From Chitinophagaceae bacterium (GTDB lineage Bacteria > Bacteroidota > Bacteroidia > Chitinophagales > Chitinophagaceae), in contig JADJYK010000007.1 of assembly GCA_016719815.1 (NCBI GenBank), positions 54,399 through 118,398 on the forward strand: a stretch of 64,000 bases of DNA, read 5' to 3'. The stretch's first letter is position 1, and every line of letters begins with the position of its first letter. Positions 31,373 to 42,477 of the stretch are shown here, in pieces. Made by a program: the position numbers and the translations under genes. The notes beneath the pieces were generated by a model. That model was not told where the DNA came from. It ran no database searches and saw only the letters and a list, made by a program, of their open reading frames with translations.

Positions 31373-32126
31373 TTATTTCAATTCTACAGATGAATGCAAA
31401 GAATCGTCTACAAGGATTCGTCCGCAATTTTCGCAAATCATGATTTTTTTATGCTGCTTAATTTCGCTCTGCTTTTGAGGAGGTATTGCATTAAAACAAC
31501 CACCACAGGCATCTCTTTCCACCGGCACTACAGCAAGACCATTTCGGTAATTGGTACGGATTTTTTCATAACTGGCCAACAGACGCGGCTCCACTTGCGT
31601 CCTTGCTTCTGCTGCCATTACCTGAAAATGTTTCTCCTCTTTTTCGTTGGCAACAATAATTTTTTCCAGTTCAGATTTTTTATTTTGGAGTACTCCGTCT
31701 TTAACAGCTATATTTTTTGGCCTTGTCAAGCAGAACCACTTTCTCCGCAATTTCCTCGTTGGCATCTTTTATGTGCTTTTCCGCCAGTTTTATTTCGAGT
31801 TGTTGCATTTCCATCTCTTTATTGATGGCTTCAAACTCACGGTTATTTTTTACATTGTCACTTTGCTTTTCGTATTTTTTAGTCAATGCTTCAGCTTCTT
31901 TGATCGCTTCCTTACGCTGTTCAATGAACTCGTTAACACCATTTATCTCTTCTTCGATACGGGTTTGACGGGCATGTAGTCCCTGAATTTCGTCTTCCAG
32001 ATCTGCCACTTCCATCGGAAGTTCTCCTTTAAGGATATGCAGTTCGTCCAGTTTGCTTTCAATCTTCTGAAGATTTACAAGTGAACTCAGTTTTTCTTCT
32101 ACAGAGAATTCTTTAATGTGTGCCAT
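31373..32126 (-). CDS. Coiled-coil plus C4 zinc-ribbon protein (DUF164/HP0958-like), frameshift at 31713-31718
   Basis: LQKIESKLDELHILKGELP long coiled coil, then CGGCF...CENCGRIL. Sits downstream of Nif3 as commonly seen. Confidence 0.88.
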
Positions 32127-32167
32127 ATACGGGTTTAAAGTTTCGGGTGCTATATTACTATGTCACC

Positions 32168-33262
32168 CTAAAAATAATGAACCGGGTTGGTATTTACCCC
32201 TGTTTTAAGGACGGCAAAGGTAGGGAATTTTTGCTCTAAAACCTCCTTCAAAAGGTCAATGGTAAACTGCTCACTTTCGTAGTGGCCTATGTCGGCAATC
32301 ATCATTCTTCCGTCAGTGTCAAAAAACTCATGATACTTCATATCTGCAGTTACAAAAACATCTGCACCAGCCTCTAAGGCTTTGTAAATCAAAAAACTAC
32401 CTGCTCCGCCACACAGAGCCACTTTTTTTACAGACCTATGCAGCATTGTAGTATGCCGTACAACCGGAACCTTAAAAACCCGCTTCAATAAGGTCAGAAA
32501 TTCATCAGCCAGCATTGGTTCGGGCAATTCTCCCACAATCCCCGCCCCTGTACCGGGATGGTTATTGGCCAGCGTAATAATATCGTATGCCACTTCTTCA
32601 TAAGGATGGGCAGCTTTCATTGCTTCCACTACCTTGTTTTGCAGAAAAGCCGGAAAGACTATTTCCACTCTTGTTTCGGCTTCGGAATGCTTTTGACCCC
32701 GATTTCCAACATATGGGTTGGTTTTAACCCCTGCCTTAAATGTTCCTTTCCCGTCTGTATTAAAGCTGCACTCACTATAGTTTCCAATTTGGCCGGCTCC
32801 TGCCTCGAAAATTGCAAACCTTACCTCTTCTGCCCTGTTTGAAGGCACAAAAGTGTAAAGTTTCTTCAGGGTGTTTTCCTTTTCTGCAAGTATGGTTTGT
32901 TTCTGGAGATTCAGCAGAGAGGCAATTTTTCCATTAACTCCAGCCATCACATTATCAAGATTTGTATGTATGGCGTAAATGGCCACATCATTCTTTATGG
33001 CAGTAATTATTATACGTTCCACATAGTTTTTACCATTTATTTTTTTCAGGCTGCCGAAAATGATGGGATGGTGTGCAACAATAAGATTGCATTTTTTTTC
33101 AACTGCCTCATTTACCACATCTTCGGTAACATCGAGTGTGCAGATAATTCCTGTGCAATCCCACGCAGCGTTCCCGGTAAGCAAACCAGCATTATCATAA
33201 TGCTCCTGCAAGGATGGATCCGCAATACCTTCCAAAACGGATATGATTTTCTTTATTATCAT
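32168..33262 (-). CDS. Nif3/YbgI-like dinuclear metal centre hexameric protein (long form with PII-like insert)
   Basis: YDNAGLL, HHPIIF, HTNLD, HPYEEVAYD, IGHYESE motifs. Confidence 0.93.
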   Translation of the reverse strand: MIIKKIISVLEGIADPSLQEHYDNAGLLTGNAAWDCTGIICTLDVTEDVVNEAVEKKCNLIVAHHPIIFGSLKKINGKNYVERIIITAIKNDVAIYAIHTNLDNVMAGVNGKIASLLNLQKQTILAEKENTLKKLYTFVPSNRAEEVRFAIFEAGAGQIGNYSECSFNTDGKGTFKAGVKTNPYVGNRGQKHSEAETRVEIVFPAFLQNKVVEAMKAAHPYEEVAYDIITLANNHPGTGAGIVGELPEPMLADEFLTLLKRVFKVPVVRHTTMLHRSVKKVALCGGAGSFLIYKALEAGADVFVTADMKYHEFFDTDGRMMIADIGHYESEQFTIDLLKEVLEQKFPTFAVLKTGVNTNPVHYF

Positions 33263-33373
33263 AAGCTTTGTTATTCTGATTTACGGACTAAAGATACTAT
33301 TGATTTACAGCTCTTTTTACAATTTAAAAACAATAAACAACCGTTAAAAAAAGGATTTAAGTAATTTACATGT

Positions 33374-34354
33374 ATGGAAAATTCAGTCAAAAAGAAAAAG
33401 GTTTTACTTAACGAAATAAGAAAGGTTCTTGGTAAAAATGAAAAGACATCTCTTACCAGTTTCCAACTGGCAAAAGGCTATTGGATACTAAGAAGAAGAT
33501 TTTTCAATGAAGTAAAATCGGCCATATTGATTGCACTTGGTATTCTTTCAGCCGGCTTTGGGTTAAAAGGATTCTTAATCCCCAACGGTCTGATAGATGG
33601 CGGGGCAATGGGTATCTCACTGTTAACCAGCTTTAAAACAAAGATTCCTCTTTCAGTGCTAATCATAATGATTAACCTGCCATTCTTTTTTATTGCCTGG
33701 CACCAGATTGGAAAGTGGTTTACGATAAAAAGCCTGATTGCAATTATTTTACTTGCCATTGTAGTGGAATCTTTTCCATACCAGCATATTACGGAGGACA
33801 AATTGCTTATTGCCGTCTTTGGAGGGTTCTTTCTTGGTGCCGGCATAGGATTGTGTATAAGAGGTGGTGGCGTAATTGATGGAACAGAGGTACTGGCGAT
33901 TTTTCTTAGCAAGAGAAACAGCCTGAGTGTTGGAGATTTCATAATGTTCTTCAACATCATCATCTTCAGCGTTGCAGCCTACCTGATTAATATTGAAACA
34001 GCCCTGTATTCCATACTTATTTATTTTTCTGCATCGAAAACTGTTGATTTCATCCTGGAAGGCATTGAGGAATTTACCGGTGTTACGATCATTTCTCCTC
34101 ATTGTGAAGAGATAGCCACATTCATTAAAGAAAAAATGGGCCGTGGACTTACAGTATATTCTGGAAAGAGAGGATCTGGCAAAAGAGGTGAATCTCATTC
34201 GGACTCAGAAATCATTTTTACCGTGGTCACCAGGCTTGAGATAAACCGGCTGACCACTGAAGTGGAACGAATAGATCCAAATGCATTTATTGTAATGCAA
34301 AGTATAAAAGATACAAAAGGCGGCATGGTCAAGAAACGGCCGCTGAAAGAATGA
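33374..34354 (+). CDS. YitT-family membrane protein
   Basis: GLIDGGAMGIS, INLPFF, GGVIDGTE and C-terminal IDPNAF (DUF2179-like). Confidence 0.88.
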   Translation: MENSVKKKKVLLNEIRKVLGKNEKTSLTSFQLAKGYWILRRRFFNEVKSAILIALGILSAGFGLKGFLIPNGLIDGGAMGISLLTSFKTKIPLSVLIIMINLPFFFIAWHQIGKWFTIKSLIAIILLAIVVESFPYQHITEDKLLIAVFGGFFLGAGIGLCIRGGGVIDGTEVLAIFLSKRNSLSVGDFIMFFNIIIFSVAAYLINIETALYSILIYFSASKTVDFILEGIEEFTGVTIISPHCEEIATFIKEKMGRGLTVYSGKRGSGKRGESHSDSEIIFTVVTRLEINRLTTEVERIDPNAFIVMQSIKDTKGGMVKKRPLKE

Positions 34355-34453
34355 TCAAATCTTTACCAGTTATATTAAAAACTTTTGTACCTTTTCAGTC
34401 CTTACACCTGTGAAAGTCTGCTATCTTGCCAGACCAGAACAAAAAAGCTTGCC

Positions 34454-35077
34454 ATGCTGAAAAGAAAAATGGGTCGTTATCTGCTTACTTTACTTGTTGT
34501 TACGGGACTTGCCGGAACTATTAATCATTATGTCGTTTCGAGAGATGAGAGGAAATATGCCATAGGTCTTATGAAAGAAACGCATAAAGATTTTCTAAAA
34601 CTGGTTAAGGGACTTACCCCATCACAATATAATTACAAGTCAGCAGCAGACAAGTGGTCGGTAAAGGAATGTGTTTACAACATAGCATCAGCCGAAAAAG
34701 GTTTGTGGGCTTATTTTGAAAGTTCGATGAAGGTGGCTGCCAACCCTGAAAAAAGGGCAGAAATAAAAGTAACAGATGATGCCTTTGTGGCTATGATAAA
34801 AGACCGGAGCAAAAAAGCAGATGCCCCGGAAACCATGCGACCTGAGAAAACCGGTTATCAATCCATCAAAGAAGCTCTTTCAGATTTAAAAAAGAACCGC
34901 ATGGAGCATATCAAATATATGAAGAGCACTACTGAAGACCTGCGAAATCATGTAGTACAGGCCCCAATGGGTTGGATTGACTGCTACCAGCTATATCTTA
35001 TGATAGCTGCCCACAGCAACCGCCATGCACAACAAATAGAAGAAATAATTAAACATCCGGGATTCCCGGCAAAATAG
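34454..35077 (+). CDS. DinB-family protein, probably secreted
   Basis: Hydrophobic N-terminus, KWSVKEC, LRNHV, AAHSNRH. ATG at 34454. Confidence 0.85.
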   Translation: MLKRKMGRYLLTLLVVTGLAGTINHYVVSRDERKYAIGLMKETHKDFLKLVKGLTPSQYNYKSAADKWSVKECVYNIASAEKGLWAYFESSMKVAANPEKRAEIKVTDDAFVAMIKDRSKKADAPETMRPEKTGYQSIKEALSDLKKNRMEHIKYMKSTTEDLRNHVVQAPMGWIDCYQLYLMIAAHSNRHAQQIEEIIKHPGFPAK

Positions 35078-35101
35078 TTTTTCGACGGTTGAAAAACCCG
35101 C

Positions 35102-35139
35102 AAGCCCTCCCGTTCCCGTAAGAACCTGAGGGCTTTTTT
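35102..35139. terminator. Terminator between convergent genes
   Basis: aagccctc...gagggctt stem with inner gttc/gaac pairing and a T run. Confidence 0.6.
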
Positions 35140-37573
35140 ATTGTGCAATAGTTTTCTCCAGCCAAATCATTTTACCGGAAGTGGTCATTCCTTCCACCAC
35201 CACTTTGAAACTTTTTGTCCGATCGTTATTATAAAAACTTAAAGGAATGCGGGGATTGATACTGTTGACAAATATTGATGGCCGCCAGTCAATAGTTATC
35301 CTGTTATCTGGTTTATCACCAGGTTTAATTTCTTTATAGTCGGGCGCATAGAATTCCTTAATAACTGAATAGCCATTGTAATTCTGCAGGTTTGATAACG
35401 ATTTAACCTTTCTCCTGTCCTCTCCCTTTTTTGTATAAATAGCCAAGGCGCCACCAGCACCACCACCGCTGGCAGCAGCAAAACTGCTAAACACTTTTAT
35501 TAAGGCAATTTCGGAAGCCGTTAATGTAGCAATCACATTGGCATCCGTTTCAATCTCATCCAAATAAAGTGTCATTGGCTGGCTGCCCATCGAACTTACA
35601 GATGGCATTTGCCGGTAATAAACCCTGTACTTATCTGTATCGAGCCGCGGATCCAAAGCTGGTTGGCCAGACGAATAAACAGGATCCACAACCTGAATAC
35701 CAGGGACTCTTGATTTTAAGTACTCAAAAATATTTTCCTGTACCATTGCCTCATCCGTATTTACAAGGTCTATCACTCTTTGTGCAAAGGCTGTTCCGCT
35801 GAACATTCCTGTAGTGTAATTATCATCTAACTGTTCTACTGCTGTTTTTTTCTTTGCTTTCACTGTTACTCCCTCCAGCATTATTCCATTTGCCTTCATA
35901 ATAGCATCAAAGTCCATCTGCCATTTTTTCCCATTTGCGATATCCATTATCATCAAGGCAGGCATAATATCGCCGGGAGGTAATAGAAATGTCCTGTTCA
36001 ATGAATCACCATCCATCAATACATCGATGTACTGACTTTTCTTGCCCCGTACATCAATAAACAAAAGCCTGCACCGGCCAAAGAAAAGCAACGAATCTGC
36101 TGAAAACCGTCCTTCTTTATCGGTACTCAATAAGGATGCACTTCTTTCTTTACTGCCTGCAAGACCTGTTATCATCAACAATACCTGTTTGTCAGCAAAA
36201 GGTTTTTTGGTCCCTTTCAGAAAAATACGGCCAGATAATGTTATAAACGATTTATCAAAAGTAATTTCAGTTTTTTGTGCTGCTATTTCTGTCCACCGGA
36301 ATCTCCTCCAGCCATTGGTCATCATTAGCAAATCCATACCGATTTCTGCAGAATCTGTAGCCGCTGTAAAATACCAAGATGGATTATGCACATACCCTTT
36401 AATATCCGAAGTTAATAGCAAACTTGTATAGATGTTTTCCTCCCTGCTGGTGCTGTGCAGGTAATCTGCATCTGTAACAGAAATGGCAATGTTGCCCTGT
36501 ACTGTATCGTTCAACAAAATACTGAACCTGTTTTTTGCCCCTGGCAAAAAATCAAGAGTATCAGTTTGCAGCATAGCGGGCAAAATGTATTCACCGTTGC
36601 TTACAAAACACAACCTTTCCGCAAGAGGCATGCCTTTGTTGTTAAAAAAAGTCACCTGTAGTATTCCCGAATTGAGATTTTTTGTATTAATAGTTCCTTG
36701 AATTGCTGCGCTGGAAACTCCAAACTGCTTACTGAAAACTACATGGTGCTGCATTTGTCCCACCATGTATGCCACAACAAACGCAGGATCGCTTGTTTGC
36801 TGCTGTAGTTCAAAAAAATATCCATCCGGCTGTTGAAGCAATGACAGGACGATACCCTTTTCCATTATATCAGGCAAAGCGTACAAAGAGTCCACCCCGT
36901 TTACCTGAGCATAATAATTTTCTCCTTTTTCGGGTTTTAGATCAAACATACCCATCCCATCATGATAACTGTTAAAGCTATTTAGCTCAATGCCTTTACT
37001 GTTTTTTATTTTTCCGGAAATATTAACCGGCAAGCCGTACTCATTGATTGCCTTGAATGCTACAGTAGCGTTCAGATTACTTACCAAATTTCCACCCTCC
37101 GGGAAAAACTGAAGTTGAATTGAAGGAGTTGGGATAGATGTTGCTTTTTGTGACCCCATTTTACCATATACAAATATTTTTTTTCTGTACACAAAATCAG
37201 GGCTGTGGTTCATCATAGTGGCAGTAAATGCACGAATGGTGTAGTAGCCGGATACTAACGACTCTGGCAGTTCTACCTGGCCAGTGGCGCAACCAATAAA
37301 AACAGGAAATACCTTTTTCTCTTCGATTTCATTTTGATCATTCAGTAATTCGATATATAAGCTGGTGCTGATGGTATCGGGTTGCCAGTCGGAAACAAGA
37401 TATGCCTGGAAAAAAGCTGTTTCACCGGCAACATAATTTTCTCTGTCAAAACACAGATACACCTTTTCAATTGGCGATACAGACACCCATTTTTCCATTA
37501 GTTCTTCGGGCTTTTGACCATAGCTTTTGAGCGATAGTAAAGAGACAAAAAGAATAAGCAGTTTTTTATGCAT
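35138..37573 (-). CDS. Secreted MG2/carboxypeptidase-like/plug-domain protein without a beta-barrel
   Basis: Signal peptide at ATG 37573, EKVYLCFDRENYVAGETAFF, FFPEGGNLV, LLLTSDIKGYV, DLLMMTNGWRRF, plug-like IALIKVF...GGALAIYTKKG. Confidence 0.78.
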   Translation of the reverse strand: MHKKLLILFVSLLSLKSYGQKPEELMEKWVSVSPIEKVYLCFDRENYVAGETAFFQAYLVSDWQPDTISTSLYIELLNDQNEIEEKKVFPVFIGCATGQVELPESLVSGYYTIRAFTATMMNHSPDFVYRKKIFVYGKMGSQKATSIPTPSIQLQFFPEGGNLVSNLNATVAFKAINEYGLPVNISGKIKNSKGIELNSFNSYHDGMGMFDLKPEKGENYYAQVNGVDSLYALPDIMEKGIVLSLLQQPDGYFFELQQQTSDPAFVVAYMVGQMQHHVVFSKQFGVSSAAIQGTINTKNLNSGILQVTFFNNKGMPLAERLCFVSNGEYILPAMLQTDTLDFLPGAKNRFSILLNDTVQGNIAISVTDADYLHSTSREENIYTSLLLTSDIKGYVHNPSWYFTAATDSAEIGMDLLMMTNGWRRFRWTEIAAQKTEITFDKSFITLSGRIFLKGTKKPFADKQVLLMITGLAGSKERSASLLSTDKEGRFSADSLLFFGRCRLLFIDVRGKKSQYIDVLMDGDSLNRTFLLPPGDIMPALMIMDIANGKKWQMDFDAIMKANGIMLEGVTVKAKKKTAVEQLDDNYTTGMFSGTAFAQRVIDLVNTDEAMVQENIFEYLKSRVPGIQVVDPVYSSGQPALDPRLDTDKYRVYYRQMPSVSSMGSQPMTLYLDEIETDANVIATLTASEIALIKVFSSFAAASGGGAGGALAIYTKKGEDRRKVKSLSNLQNYNGYSVIKEFYAPDYKEIKPGDKPDNRITIDWRPSIFVNSINPRIPLSFYNNDRTKSFKVVVEGMTTSGKMIWLEKTIAQ

Positions 37574-37708
37574 ATAACTTGTTGAATGGTGTGAAATTAA
37601 TTCTATATCAACTATATGCAAAAGAAAGACTGTTAATAATAATAAATTTCCGGTATGCAAATACGATCGGACTATGTGCTTTGTAACTTTTTTCAGATAT
37701 TTGAAATA

Positions 37709-37920
37709 ATGAAAAAGATTATTGTCATATTAGTACTGGCTTTTACCACTTCAGGCTGCAAAAAAACAATTGAGAAAATTCAACATATTTTAATTCTCCG
37801 CCATACCCGCTTGATCTGATAAATGGAAACTGGCAAATAACCCGAAACAGTTGGACTTATGTGGAAGCAGCACAAACAAATGGCAACACCACCAAGCAAA
37901 TGAGGCTTGATAAGCTTTAA
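37709..37920 (+). pseudogene. Lipoprotein gene fragment: N-terminal signal and C-terminal end joined out of frame
   Basis: MKKIIVILVLAFTTSGC-KKTIEKIQ in one frame. STYFNSPPYPLDLINGNWQITRNSWTYVEAAQTNGNTTKQMRLDKL-stop starts at 37780 in another frame. Confidence 0.6.
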
Positions 37921-38095
37921 TCTCTGCTTTACTTTTTTAAACATCTGTATCAATATCAGGTCATAATTATAAGAACTGTGCAATTTTTTGAAAAAGAACA
38001 GGAAAAGGTCAACTATTCTTAGTAAATTAGGAAACAGGAACAGTTTTTGTATAACACAGAAATCTTTGAGTTAATTCCAAAAACCAACTTACAAA

Positions 38096-41000
38096 TTGAA
38101 AGCACCTGCTTACAATATCCTCACAAGACAAGTAATATTCTACATTGCGATTATTACTATGGGGTAATGCCTGCAAGAGCTCAGGCTCCTGCAGCCAATT
38201 TTGTTGGAGAGCCCCAGGCTAATTGTTCACCGGTTATTGTAAATTTCTTCGATTTATCAACAGGCAATCCCACTTCCTGGTATTGGGACTTTGGAAACGG
38301 CAACAGCTCTACGCTTCAAAACCCGATTGCCACCTATTTTTCTCCCGGCACTTATACTGTTTCATTAACTGCAACAAACGCCGCGGGAAGTAATACAATT
38401 ATTAAAACGCAATACATTACAGTATATGAAGCTCCTGTGCCAGATTTTTCAGCCAATGTGCGAAGTGGCTGCTTTCCATTAAGGGTTCAATACAGTGATA
38501 TTTCAACTGCGGGTGCCGGCAGCAATAATGTGTCGTGGTATTGGGATTTTGGGAATGGCGTCACTTCAACACTTCAGAATCCACTTGCCATTTACAATAC
38601 AGCGGGAACATTTACAGTAACCCTGCGAATTACAAACGATAAGGGTTGTTCTAAAATAATTACCCGGCCAAATTACATTACTGTAACTCCCGGTGTTGAT
38701 GCAGCCTTTACTAATACGCAAGCAACTGTATGCAGTGCCCCTGCCACTATTAATTTTACCGATAATTCCACTGGCCCACCAACACTTACCTATCTTTGGG
38801 ATTTTGGTGACGGAAACACTTCCACATTACAAAACCCAACTCACACCTATACAGCGAACGGAACTTTTGCAGCAAAGCTTGTAACATTAAGTTCTGCAGG
38901 ATGCCAGGATACGGCTTTGAGCCAGCCAATTATCATCGGCGGTATTGTTACAAATTTCAATGCCCCTGCAGAAGCCTGCATTAATGAACCGGTAGCTTTT
39001 ACCAATACTTCCATACCAATTCCGGTAAGTACTATCTGGAGCTTTGGTGATGGCGGTACAGCTAATACCTTAAATGCATCTCATACTTACAACACAACAG
39101 GTGTTTATACGATAAGGATGTTTAATACCTATTCAAATTGTATTGATTCATCGATCAGATCTATAACCATCAATCCAAGGCCTGTTGCTGATTTTACAGC
39201 CCCTGTAACCACACGCTGCGAACCTGACCTTACCGTTAATTTTCAGGATATTTCAACCGGCGGTGCTATTGGCTGGCATTGGGATTTTGGCGACGGAGGC
39301 ACATCTAATACACAAAACCCATCACACACCTATACAGGCTATGGGGCATTTAACGTAACTCTTATTGTTACAAACAGCTTTGGCTGCACAGATACACTGG
39401 TTCGAAATAATTATATCAGAATTCAAAGGGCTTCGATCAGCATTCCCCAACTGCCCGCAAGAGGCTGCATTCCACACACCATTAATTTTGCACCGGTTAT
39501 TACATCATTAGACATTGTTACCTCTTACCAGTGGGATTTTGGTGATGGCGGCACTTCTGCTTTACCGAATCCGGTATATACGTATATCACTCAGGGTACT
39601 TATACCGTACGGCTGATAATAACAACCAGCAGCGGATGCACGGATACGCTGCTTTTGCCACAGGCTGTAAGAGTTGGAACAAAACCAGTCGCCGACTTTT
39701 CTGCAGTTCCTATACCGGTTTGCGGAAGACAACCAGTTTACTTTACTGATTTATCAGTGCCTGCAGATGAATGGTACTGGGCATTTGGAGATGGCAGCAG
39801 TTCTGCTCTTCAAAATCCCACTCATTCTTATAATGATACCGGATACTTCAATGTTACATTGATTGCCACCAACAATGGCTGTCCTGATACGATAATAAAA
39901 AACAACTACACAAGGGTGTTGCCACCAATTGCCCGTTTTACAGTTACTCCTGATTGCAGTAACCGGTTACAATTTACTTTTACCAATACTTCAATTGTAA
40001 ACCCATTACTTTTACCGCTCACCTGGGAATGGGATTTTGGCGACGGTTCGCCCGTTTCAACTGCTCAGCATCCAGTGCATCTTTATTCAGCCCTTGGTGT
40101 ATACAACGTGAGGCTTATAGTTACTAATGGCTCTTGCGCCGACACAACATTTGGAACGGTAAGGGCGGTAAATGAAAATCCCGACTTCAACGCAGACAGA
40201 ATTGTTGCCTGCAAAACGGCTTTAATCAATTTTACGACTACTAACATTAATCCGGCAAATATTTCAACTTATTTCTGGGATTTTGGAAACGGACAAACTA
40301 TAACCGGAGGTTCTGTAAATGCCGCCAGCAACTATATCAATTCAGGAGCATATACAGTTCAGTTAATTACCACAGATATAAATGGATGCAGAGACACAAT
40401 CATCAAAACAAACTATATCCGCATAAACGGGCCTGTGGCCGGTTTCAATCCGGTTAATGCAGCAGGATGTTCCGGGCTAACCACTACTTTTACTGATTTA
40501 TCAACAACAGATGGTGTAAATGCATTAACAAACTGGCAATGGAATTTTGGCGATGGGAATGTTCAGTCATATGCTGCACCACCTTTTCAGCATACTTATT
40601 CTGTTGTTGGTACATTTTCTGTGCAATTAATTGTAACAGATGCTGCCGGATGTAAGGATAGTATTACACTCCAGAATGCTATTGTAACAACCGACCCGGC
40701 ACCCAATTTCGTAACTGCAGATACCCTTACCTGTCCCGGGGCTACCGTAACCTTTACAAATACTTCTACCCCTTCAGGTCTCACAAGTTATTGGGAATTT
40801 GGTGATGGCGGTAGCTCAACAATTTATTCGCCCACACACAGCTACACCAGCACAGGCACATATATAGTTAAGCTGATAGTTACAGATATATACGGCTGTG
40901 CCGACTCGTTGATCCGGGATCTTTATATTAATGTGGATCTTCCTGGTGCTGCTTTTGCCGTAAACGATTCAATAAGTTCCTGCTTACCTTTTGAGGTACA

Positions 41001-42474
41001 GTTTACAAACACCTCAACCTATTATAATGCCAGTTTCTGGGTTTTTGGTGATGGAGGCACATCCTCTGCCACAAATCCTGTACACTATTATTCCACTCCC
41101 GGCACTTACACTGTAAAATTAATTGTTGCAAGCCCGGGAGGATGCCTGGACTCTGTTACACATAACATCTATGTTTATGACACTGCTGGCACAAGGGTAG
41201 ACTACCAGCCATTTACAGGTTGTAAACCTTTATCAGTTACGCTAAATACATTTACTACAGGTCCGATGAACAGCTATTTCTGGGATTTTGGAGATGGCTT
41301 TACAATTGATACCACATCACCAAACGTTACACATATTTATGCATCTCCGGGCAATTATTTACCAAAAGTAATATTGAAAGATCCTGCAGGTTGTATCATT
41401 CCACTTCAGGGAATTGATACTGTGATCGTATCTGGAGCATTAGCAAAATTCGGATATAACGATTCAGTTTTCTGCGACAGAGGTCTGGTTAACTTTACTG
41501 ATTCAACTATTTTCAACGATCCTGTAGTTTCTTATAACTGGACATTTGGAGACGGAGGTACATCTGCCATCCAAAACCCATCTTACTTTTATGCCAATCC
41601 AGGGCTGTATACCGTACGACTGATTGTGCAAACATTACGTGGGTGCAGTGATACTCTTGTTAAACCAACCCTGATAAGGGTAGTACAGCGTCCACTTATT
41701 GATATCGGCGGAGATTCAGTTGTGTGTGTGTTTGGTCGTATTACCCATTCAGGAATTTTTATTCAGCCTGACACTTCCATTGTTACATGGCAATGGAATT
41801 TTCCAAACGGAGTGACATCTTTAGTGCAAAATCCACCAGCACAAGCTTATAATACGGTAGGATCGTTCACTATCACAACTTATGCAACCAACAGTACTGG
41901 CTGTGCTGATACTACCACACAAAGAGTTTATGTTAACCCGCTAGCAACAGTAACAATACCAGCACAAATGACAATTACAAATGGTTTCCCAGAAACCATA
42001 CCTGCAACGTATACACCAAACACTATTAACTGGATATGGTCTCCTTCGGCAGGCTTAAGTTGTATAACCTGCCCAATGCCTGAAGCCGGACCAAAAATAA
42101 ATACTAATTACCAGGTTTACTTTACCGATGTAAATGGCTGTGCTAACAGAGGCTCAATCATGGTATATGTTTTATGTAAAAATGCAAATCTCTTTATGCC
42201 AAATACATTTTCACCAAATGGTGATGGAAGCAACGATGTATTTTATCCAAGAGGCAGAGGCCTGGAAAGAGTAAAAATGCTCCGCATATTTAACCGCTGG
42301 GGCGAAGTGGTGTTTGAGAAAGCTAATTTCCCTGTTAATGATATTAGCTCAGGCTGGAATGGAACTTATACTGGACAAAAACCAAAAGCAGATGTATATG
42401 TTTACCAGGTGGATGTTTTTTGCGAAAATGGAGAAACAATAAGACTTGATGGAAACATAGCATTGATATTATAA
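38096..42474 (+). CDS. PKD-repeat surface protein with gliding-motility (T9SS type-B) C-terminal domain, frameshift in the signal peptide at 38161-38164
   Basis: I count 15 W-x-F-G-D/N-G-type PKD motifs. C-terminal PNTFSPNGDGSND...IFNRWGEVVF...WNGTY...DVYVY. TTG at 38096 gives a plausible signal peptide if one G is added. Confidence 0.9.
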
Positions 42475-42477
42475 ACG

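Noticed and set aside
33299-33311. 13-mer ATTGATTTACAGC also present at 44859-44871
   Set aside because: A 13-mer match between AT-rich intergenic regions is not clearly above chance, and the neighbouring genes share no obvious function.
38096-42474. Periodic tgggattttgg(t/c)gatgg motifs as a CRISPR or tandem DNA repeat
   Set aside because: They are degenerate coding repeats of PKD domains within one ORF, about 250 bp apart or more.
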